DNA of 61,455 nucleotides, counting the filler, from Choristocarpus tenellus KU-1152 (lineage: Eukaryota; Protista; Phaeophyceae), in NCBI GenBank assembly GCA_964200185.2. It is 12 parts of 12 records of this genome, joined end to end, with 100 filler letters (N's around TTAATTAATTAA, not from the genome) between each part and the next. Parts side by side here need not be neighbours in the genome. Positions count along the whole stretch, not along the records: positions 52,864 to 55,464 come from CAXNAD020026377.1; positions 55,565 to 61,455 come from CAXNAD020009492.1; 10 more parts are not named here. The stretch is one strand, 5' to 3'. The notes under the pieces are model-generated. The model saw nothing but the letters and a program-made list of their open reading frames with translations. It had not been told where the DNA came from and made no database searches. Positions 52,978 through 61,455 of this stretch are shown piece by piece; positions within the stretch are counted from its first letter, which is position 1, and each line of letters begins with the position of its first letter. Made by a program: the position numbers and the translations under genes.

Positions 52978-54103
52978 CACTTCAAGCCCGCACACACAAG
53001 ACAGGGGAACTGCTCCTATGGTAAGTCATATCCTCCTCCTTGGGATGGGGGTGGAGGCCATGGGCGCGGGTTTGTCTGGGGTGCTCAGCACTGCTGCGAG
53101 GGATAGAGCCGGTTATCCCCAATCCTATTTCGTACAGCTTTTGTATCAGAGTGTGGAATATACCACTATTGGTGCAGTGGCCTGTATGTGTATATGTATA
53201 TATATATATATATATATTGATAGATACATAGATACACAGATACACAGTTTGTGTAAGGAAGGATAAATGTGCTCAGAGTGAGAGCTGTTCCGGGTTGTGG
53301 GTGAAAAGATGGTCTGTGCCTGCATGCCTGCATACCTGCATGCCTGCATGCCTGAGTGCCACCATGTGCGGTAGAGACAGGGTGTGTCGGAGGGCAATGC
53401 CTATTAGTAACGCATTCTCATATATATATGGAAACCCTTTTTTTAATGTCTGTTATTATCACTGGACTGTAGTTTTTGGTTAGCTGTTTAGCAATGATGG
53501 AACAAACACAAATACAAACACCACCACCAACACAAACACGCATAACACTTACATAACACTTGCATAACACTTGCATAACATACACACACACTTTGATGAT
53601 ACACAACTCAGACAGAGTGTTTTTCGGCGATAATACTACTCTCATTTAACTCTTTTGAGGTCATTTTGTTTTGGCTCTTTGGGGTAGTGTCCATCCAATA
53701 TATATTTTTTATATGTATGTATTGGTGTCGTGGCGTTTCAACAGTGGTTTACTTACATTTTATTATTAATTTCATTATATTATTATTATTATTTTACTGT
53801 TATTATTTTTGTTGTATTGTTGATAGTATTTGAATTCATACATTGTTATTGTTACTATTAATGATATTTCTATTATTTTATTGTTATTATTATTATTATT
53901 AATTTAATTATTTTACTGTTATTATTATTAATTTAATTATTTTACTGTTATTATTATTATTATTATTATTAATTGTATTATTATTATTATTATATTGCAG
54001 GAACTTCCCTTGAGGGGGAAGTCACAGGTCTCATCAGCACGCATCTGCCATGTTTGTTGTTATTTGTTGTGGATAGCCTCTTTTGGTGGATTGTTCGGGG
54101 CCT

Positions 54104-54365
54104 GAGCCAAAGTATCTCAGAGGGTAGAGCCGCGTCCATTTGGGGGCCAAAATCCAATGTTGCAATTTTGATGATATTTTGGTTATTGTGTTGTTAGGAA
54201 GTGTCAGTATCCATGTTCTGGACGTATATTTTCATAACGAATACATTTTACCTACTCCAAAACATTTTGGAGTAGGAAAATGTCTGTAAAAAAAACATGG
54301 GGATCCAAGCCCCAAATGGACAAACAGGGGAAAACTCGTACCCTAACCCTAAGATACTTTCAGTC
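54104..54365 (-). mobile_element. MITE family A copy, telomere-repeat variant
   Basis: CCCTAACCCTAA inside the TIR; flanks GCCT/GCCA. Confidence 0.9.
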
Positions 54366-54652
54366 GCCAGTGTTTTACCAAGATGTGTTTTCAATGTTGT
54401 GTTTTGAATGTTATTGTATTTTCAATGTTACTGTGTTCTCAATGTTACTGTATTTTCAATGTTATTGTTTTTTTTATTATTATTGAAGATCGATAAGCAT
54501 TTCGCTCTGCACTTTGGGGTGAAGGTTAGGGTTGTATGGCCAAATGCTTTTGCATCACCACCTTGAACTAAATAATGTGTTATTTGTAGTGAAAGGATGT
54601 GATTAAGACATGTTTACTCTTATGTAAGCATATACATACATACATACATACA

Positions 54653-54686
<34 letters not shown>

Positions 54687-54761
54687 CGTACAAAATTTTT
54701 GTAATCAAGAGTCATTTACTGAAGTGGAACTTTTTCTTCATTTTTATTGTGGGTGTCACAG

Positions 54762-54856
54762 GTATCGGCGAGTGTATCAAGAAGCTCTGTCACTACATAG
54801 TACAAGCCAACCCCTCTCAGAGGAGTGGATCAAGGCTAAGGAGCTGTATCAATCGG
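54762..54856 (+). CDS. Possible isolated exon (YRRVYQEALSLH...WIKAKELYQS), helical-repeat-like
   Basis: CAG acceptor, open frame, GTGA donor, GC-richer island in AT-rich surroundings. Confidence 0.35.
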
Positions 54857-55380
54857 TGATCGATGACGGGTGCGATCTTGACACCATCTTCCCTGCCACT
54901 TAAGTCTCAAAGCAGTCCTAAACATATCGCTCAAGTATTGCCTATGATCACGCCAGACAAATGGTCTCTTGAAGGTTTAAATAGTATAAATAGATTAAAA
55001 AATATATATATATTCATTTTTTTGCTTTTTATTTTTTTGTCCCCATTGCAGAGTGTGCTGCACGTGCATCTGTATTTTTGAATATTTTCTTGAATATGTT
55101 TTGAGCAGGATGTGTTTGACTGGCACAAATTGGTCTTTGTGGTGTATTCAGACTATCATTTGTTAAATTTATTTTATCATATTTTATTTTATTATATTTT
55201 ATTTTATTTTATTTTATCATATTTTATTTTATTATATTTTATTTTATCATATTTTATTATATCATATTTTATTATATCATATTTTATTTTACTATCACGT
55301 CTACTTCATAGCGCTTGTGGTTCTTGTTATGTAGTAGTACTTGATCTGCAGACTAACTTTGTGTTGAATAATGTGATTTG

Positions 55381-55411
<31 letters not shown>

Positions 55412-55564
55412 ATGGGAATTTTTTTTTTGGGGACAGGGGGGGTTGTTGTTTTTTTTTGGAATTTNNNNNNNNNNNNNNNNNNNNNNNNNNNNNNNNNNNN
55501 NNNNNNNNTTAATTAATTAANNNNNNNNNNNNNNNNNNNNNNNNNNNNNNNNNNNNNNNNNNNN

Positions 55565-55745
55565 GGGGGGGGGGGGGGGGGGGGGGGTGTGGGGTCTACA
55601 CCTGGGTGTCCAATCAGGCCTAGACTAGGAGAAGTGAACCTACATTATCCATCTGACGCATGCAACCAAATCACCCAAAATCGTGACATGGAAAAATGGG
55701 CCCCGAACGGACAGCCGCCACCACCCCCCCAGGATACTTTGAACC
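55565..55745 (+). mobile_element. MITE family B copy at contig start; further end fragments at 10106-10139, 12721-12740, 36048-36118, 49805-49850
   Basis: Same interior and CAAAGTATCT-polyG termini. Confidence 0.85.
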
Positions 55746-56493
55746 ACCATCCGTTTCTGAGTGCAAACCACATTTATCTCTCTTATGAAGTACAACATAA
55801 ATAATACCAAGAGTATTACTCCGCCTGGATATTTCGAGGACAAAATGTGGATGACTACTGGTGGTGCTTGGTGAGGCTGCTGCTCTTGACTGTTGTGTTG
55901 GGTTCATTCAATACATTTTTGGAGGGTATCTGAATCATGCATCACAAGGAGACTATCTGCATACATAAAATATCTTCTTTTTGATGATGTGACATCGCCC
56001 TCATTGCTTCCACACTAACGGAGACCTTTGTGAGAGTAAGGGAGGACCACCAGCAAGAACCAAATGATCACGCACAGAAGGAGGAAGATTGAATTGACTC
56101 CACAACAACGAGTCATTACTTCTTGAGCAATCACAAAGTAGTGCAGATACTTCATATAGTATAGAGACCACAGTGAAATCATACATGCACAGATAGACGG
56201 AAAGGGAGGAAGATATTTTTTCTCCTAAGCCCTATTCGTGCTAGTTCATTAGTAGATAGAATTTTATTATGGAATTTTATGGACTATTCCACTCATACGT
56301 TCACCTTGCGGAGATACTTATGGTACATAGTATGCTGTTACTAGTCCAGTCCTACATTGGCATTAAAAGCAACAACAAAGAAGGTAACTCTGAAGGAGGA
56401 GGAAACTTCATTGATGTAGCATGTTTGCGCTATGTACTAAGGCATGAAATCATCTTACAATGCGCAGGAGTCAGCAAAATATCATCATTATTT

Positions 56494-59400
56494 TTATCCA
56501 TTCGGCAGTAGCTGCTCCAGCAGCCTTGCCTGCGAGCACATGGCCTCTTCTAGCTCAGGCAGCAGGTATGGCAGGAGCATTTCTGCCGCCCCTCCTACAA
56601 TGCTATCTTTGTTTACAGTTCCTCCCTCTTCTGCTGCTGAATCCCCTGGCACCTTTCTTGCCCATGCATTCCCCACCCTAGGTTCTCGCTCCCCTAAGTA
56701 GATTGGAGCAACTGCATGCTCATAATCACATCTGCCACTGCCGTCTTTGTCAGTCGTACTAATAGTACTGAGGTCATTATTGTTGATACCGTCACCAGTC
56801 AACCTTCCTCTTTCACCTAAATCGTCGCTGTTGGCCGAACCAAGCAGCATACCAGCTCTAGTTCCCTTGGCACACTCTACACCTGCTCCACGACCTTCAC
56901 TCCCACCTCTACATGCTCTATCAGCGTCATCCGTAGACAAAGCAATGCTGCAGTTGCCATCTGCTACTCTTGATACCCCCACCAATTGTCTCTTGTTGTC
57001 CTGCCCCCCCTCAAGAACCCCCTCTCGTTGAAGTAGAACCTGTGCCATTGTGTTCTGCCCCATACGGAGACGTTGTGCCATGAAAATAGCTGCCCCTGCT
57101 GCGGCTGCTGTTGAGCTGTTTTGATGGTGAGAGGAGGGATGGGCGGGGGCAGGAGTTCCTGTATGCAAAATGCCAAGGGCACTGAGAAGTTTCACCCTAT
57201 GAAGACGGGCTTGAACTCCAGCAGCCAGGAGCTCAGCATTGGGATCATCTGACTGTGCAATCCGCAACAGCTCTGGACCATCCAAACCTCTACCCCCTGT
57301 TGTTGCTTCATGGCTTTGCCTCCTGGACTCCTTAATCGTCCGCAATGATCCGCTTTTTGTCCGGGCAAGTGTACCCGAGTACATCCCCAGCCCAAGTGAG
57401 CTGAAGAGAGCACATACGCCATCCTCTCCAAGATTCTCGATTCCTGAAAGGGCCAGCGGAGGAACATTTGGGAGCTTCCATTTCTCTCTCTCTCCCTCGA
57501 TGACGGGAGTCACCACTTTTGTCCATGGCTGCTCCTTTTCTTCAACTCCTTGCTGGCTTTGGGCCTTGATTTCCTCTTCCTTCGAATCAGCCAGTAACTC
57601 CTCTCTCATGACGTTCTGGGCTAATGTACCAGTAGCAGTTGGCGATGTGCCTTGGCTTCTCGATGAGCAACCCTGAATTGACGAAGAGTCAATGGTGTGT
57701 TGTTGGATCTGTTGCTCACTAACTCTCTCATCCCCCCCTGCACTATTTCCCTTGCGTTTTGGTGGCCCATCCTCTAGAGCAGTGACCTTGCCTTTTGTTC
57801 CATTTGAATGACGTTGAGTTGCAATATCTCCCACCTTGTTTTTTCCAGGGTGATGCCGCTGAGGTAGGGGGATGGTTGCAAAACTGACTTTGGCAGGGTA
57901 GATAGGAGGGATGAAAGAATGGAAGGAACTTGGGTGCTAGAGTGAGGGAATTGGTAGGATGTACCATGGAAGGAGAAGTAAGAGCAATAATATTGTATAG
58001 GGTATCTATTAAGGCCCCTATGATGAGAATTTAGGGCTCTCAAATATTCTGTCCGAAACCCCATTTCCCGCACCTGAAATGCTATTAACTCCCCTTAGGA
58101 AGGGAGGCTGTGACTGAACAAGAGGATACAAAATTCCCTGAAAAAAAAGGCACAAAAACGCCTTCAAGAGAGCTACAAACGCATGCACTCATAGGCAGTT
58201 ACAGGAGATCGTGTACTCAACAATGCCCCCCTCTCAGATAGGGCGATTCTCAGATCAAATCTTTGAGACCTACACCCATGAAACTGAAGCTTGATTCATG
58301 TGAAGCATGTACAATACTTGGCACACACATTGCGGGGGCGTGGAAAGTGAATCAACTTGAGCAGGTGGGAAAGGACTGACCTGATAACCTATTTCCCCTT
58401 TCACTTTTTTCTTGGTGCGCCGCATCTTGGACCCATCCCTAGATGTGGGGTTCATGCTGAGGACCTCTTTTAGCATCCTCTTTCGTGCCACCTCCTGCCC
58501 TCACAGGGTAGAAAGATAGCCTTAGAATGCAAAAGTGTCCAAGCCTTCCTACCTCTCAATTGATTTGACTCACCTCTGGGTGTCTGCTCGGGTGATTCCA
58601 TCACTTGATAGTACAGATTGGTTCATGTGCCGGGCGCAACGGGTTTTTTTAGTTTTTAGTTTGAAAAAACATGTACATGTTTATCAGAGCACATGCCATG
58701 CGTCTGGGAGGGTATCATCGCCTTGCCCGTACAGTGACTTCTGTAGTATCCTAGAGCTCGACCTAATTGTTTAGGTATCCTCTTTGCCAAAGCAACATCT
58801 TGAAGTCAAGCTTCGTGCTTCTATTTTTTTTCCCCCTCTCAACCCTAACCTTAGATGTCCGCAGCACTCATATTTCAAGTTGAAGTAGTTCTAAAATATT
58901 TTGATCGAGATCTACATATATAGAGTTCTGTGGTGTCTTGTTGTGATTTATTGCTTTGGATTTTGTACAGAATTTTTCAAGAGTTCTTGAAAAAGATTAC
59001 CCCCGTTGAGTCGCACATGGGCTGAGAGACAACCAATCGGCATAAGAAAGCTCATAATGGCAGGCACAATCAAGCCTTCTAGATATTTGAATGTTGCATG
59101 CCTTCACTGGCACCAAACCATTGATCATTGAGTTTCAAGATGCCAGAAAAAATGGAAAGTTCTGCCTTGTTGGTGTGCTTGAGTATTGGTCCTTGTATCA
59201 TGCTCCTGGTTTCCCTCCTAGTTAGCCTCCCTGAACTACCCCCCAAGCATTTTGTAATGCTGTATAGTAGCACGTAATGAAACCAATAATAATACAAATT
59301 ATACCACCACTAGAGATAACAATTTCAACAGTAATAATATTATTTTACCAACGTCAGTGTTATCAATAACAATATCAATGAGCCAAATTATGAGAGAGGT

Positions 59401-60509
59401 ACCCAGGTTTTGGACATTCTTTATTTTAAGCCACATTTTTCATTTTTCGTAGTCACTCTTTTTCTATAGATGAAGTGCTGAGATTAACTTGAAGGCGTTG
59501 ATTTCTCATTGTCTGAACGTTTTTGACAGAATTCAGAAAAGTCTCCACACGCATCTGTAGACGCTGAGCACAATATACATATCTAGTATATGTAAGTAGG
59601 TCACTTTATATTTATCACATGCATGGGAGATCTAGAGTCAAAGCATTTAAGAGGGTAGGGCCGCGTCCATTCAGAGTCATAAATCCAATGTTACGATTTT
59701 GATGGATTACTCCACTTCATTGCTGCAGAGGTATGCTCACGGAAATTTCTCGGACATTACCTCATCCCATGCCAAAGTAAAAAAGTCTGCAAGTGCAACA
59801 GTGCAACAACCAGTACTTCATCCACAAATCGTACTCAGTGCATATACACACAGGCACATACCTGCCTCTCAGAAAATAGACGTGTCCGCTCTGTCCTTAT
59901 CCTTCCCTCCAGGACATCTACCTCCTCCTCAAACAGGGCTGCAGCTCCTCTGAGGCGATACGCTCTCTGTGTAAGCCTACCCTCTACAACCCCAGCTGCG
60001 GAGACTTCTCTTAACCTTGCCGCCCGGAATGTCTTCTCCTCTCTCTCCCTCTGAAGTTCTTGGAGAGACGCCTCCAATGACGAGATGGTGTCATGCCCAA
60101 GTGCCAAACCTGCAGCAAGTACCTTCACCTTATCGCTCACCTTATCACTCCTAGAGCACTCAAGGTGCTGACTGGGACCAAACGGATCCAAACACCTCCC
60201 TACCCCAGCCTTTCCCATGCCTTTTTGGAGCCCTGGTCCGAGTTTTCTCTTCTCTGTGTCTCTTGTTGCGCCACTGTCCTCCCCTGAAGTGACATCCCCT
60301 GGACCAAGTATAAACTCCTGGGTATCCCAATGTCTAGCGAGGTCAAGTCCCTCTAGGCCCACACCTTCTGGGACCGGGAGTCCCTTGGGTGGCAAAAGTA
60401 GTGGGTTCAGGGTAGAGCTAAAGCCTATCCAGGCCACAAGCTCAGCATTGTTCTCAATAAAGTTCATGTCCTGGGAGACAGTCTGGCGGAAGGAGGGCAA
60501 GCTGGTGCC
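56494..60509 (-). CDS. 3' part of a large SAM-domain protein; exons ~60509-59862, 58494-58381, 57834-56494
   Basis: Long open exons with phase-0 GT-AG junctions; SAM-like VCALFSSLGLGMYS...LDGPELL...ELLAAGVQARLHRVKLLSAL; upstream DMNFIENNAELVAWIGF..NPLLLP block and a coiled-coil-like stretch. Confidence 0.72.
59635..59704 (-). mobile_element. MITE family A terminal fragment
   Basis: GAGTCAAAGCATTTAAGAGGGTAGGGCCGCGTCCATT... Confidence 0.75.
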
Positions 60510-61385
60510 CTGGTAGGGCAGAAAGTGAAATATTTCATTAACAATGAGGGTGGGGGGCATCAGAAACCCAAGTTTAGTGGGTTGTTGTGTATTGAACTTT
60601 ATTCCATGAGAGATACACATGAGAGATACACATGAGAGATACAGAGCCAAAGTAAACGAGAGGTTCCTAGGGTTGCATTTTGAGGGTACTGATAATTTTT
60701 ATGCAAAATTTTGCTTAATGTACAAATGCTTGCAGAAAATTTTCTGAATTCTGTCAAAAAAAAAAAGCAATAGAGAAATGAACGGTCTCAAGTCGATCTT
60801 AAACTTCAATCATAGTAATGTGGGTGAATCGCAAAAGACTACAAGAATTGTTTTAAATGCTAAACGACCAAAATCTGTGTATCTCTTGTCTACTATCTGC
60901 GGACAACAGATGTAGAGGTACTCATCAATGAGTGCTACTAACCTCAACAGACATCGACATGTATTAGAAGTAAGCTGTGGCTGTGTCTGCAGTAAAGTCT
61001 GACTAACATCAAAAGGAATATCAGAAGTAGTGTTTGTCTTAGGAGAGATTATAATCCTCATTAATGATTGCTATACTTAATCCTCTGTTTAATCCTCATC
61101 TCCAATGGTCAACGGGTGGCATTGTTGTTGGATACCAACATTGAGCATGGGATACCGACAAGAACAATCTATTGCTTTCTTTTCTTTTTTGAGGTAAGGG
61201 CTATTCCTCCGAAAAATTGGTACTTAGCTGTCACTTCAACAGGAAAGCGATTCCAACTCAAAGCATGGTGCTCAAGTCTTAGCACCCTCAACTGTCCTTT
61301 TGTAACAAGAAGACATTGCAGGTATGTTCGCAGAACACCATCAAATCAATGTGTGCGTACTTGCTAGCTTAGTAGTAGAATAAAT

Positions 61386-61455
61386 GAGCCAAAGTATCTT
61401 AGAGGGTAGAGCCGCGTCCATTTGGGGATCAAAATACAATGTTGTGATTTTGATG
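61386..61455 (-). mobile_element. MITE family A, cut by window end
   Basis: GAGCCAAAGTATCTTAGAGGGTAGAGCCGCGTCCATTTGGGG. Confidence 0.88.

Larger units (their letters stand above)
53755..55292. repeat. Simple-repeat cluster: (TTA)n 53755-53992, (CATA)n 54630-54680, (ATTTT)n 55165-55292
   Basis: Directly visible. Confidence 0.9.

Noticed and set aside
9950-55564. Recurrent TTAATTAATTAA palindrome as a biological motif
   Set aside because: Always centred in identical N runs; it is an assembly concatenation linker.
1-61455. Fanzor/TnpB, giant-virus core genes, rRNA or tRNA genes
   Set aside because: No RuvC motif set, capsid or polymerase motif, or structured RNA gene was recognised by eye; decayed copies could be missed.

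Overview
Eukaryotic, intron-rich DNA, probably a stramenopile alga (inferred from gene content, not proven). The window is 12 separate contig pieces joined by artificial 100-bp N44-TTAATTAATTAA-N44 linkers, so adjacency across linkers means nothing. Most ORF-track entries are noise; the real genes are spliced. Host genes reconstructed by eye: a complete, very long EB1/RP-family gene (minus, 1367-8073, 6 exons, ~691 aa) head-to-head with a histidine phosphatase gene; two CAX Ca2+/H+ exchanger exons; an ATG14/UVRAG-like exon; a 14-exon fragment of an uncharacterised protein (37259-49666); and the 3' part of a SAM-domain protein. Mobile DNA: three Ty1/copia relics and about 25 copies or fragments of four related MITE families (A-D) with G(A/G)N(C/T/G)AAA-type termini and 3- or 4-bp target duplications. 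The most interesting signal is contig 25402-28130. There a spliced, decayed ParB/sulfiredoxin-fold gene (LDGNHR, hidden across a frameshift) lies divergently from a Cys-rich ORF resembling a Sola-type transposase N-terminus, with three degenerate direct repeats between them. This is a candidate ParB-carrying DNA transposon that could mobilise the MITEs. All family assignments are from recalled motifs; no searches were run.
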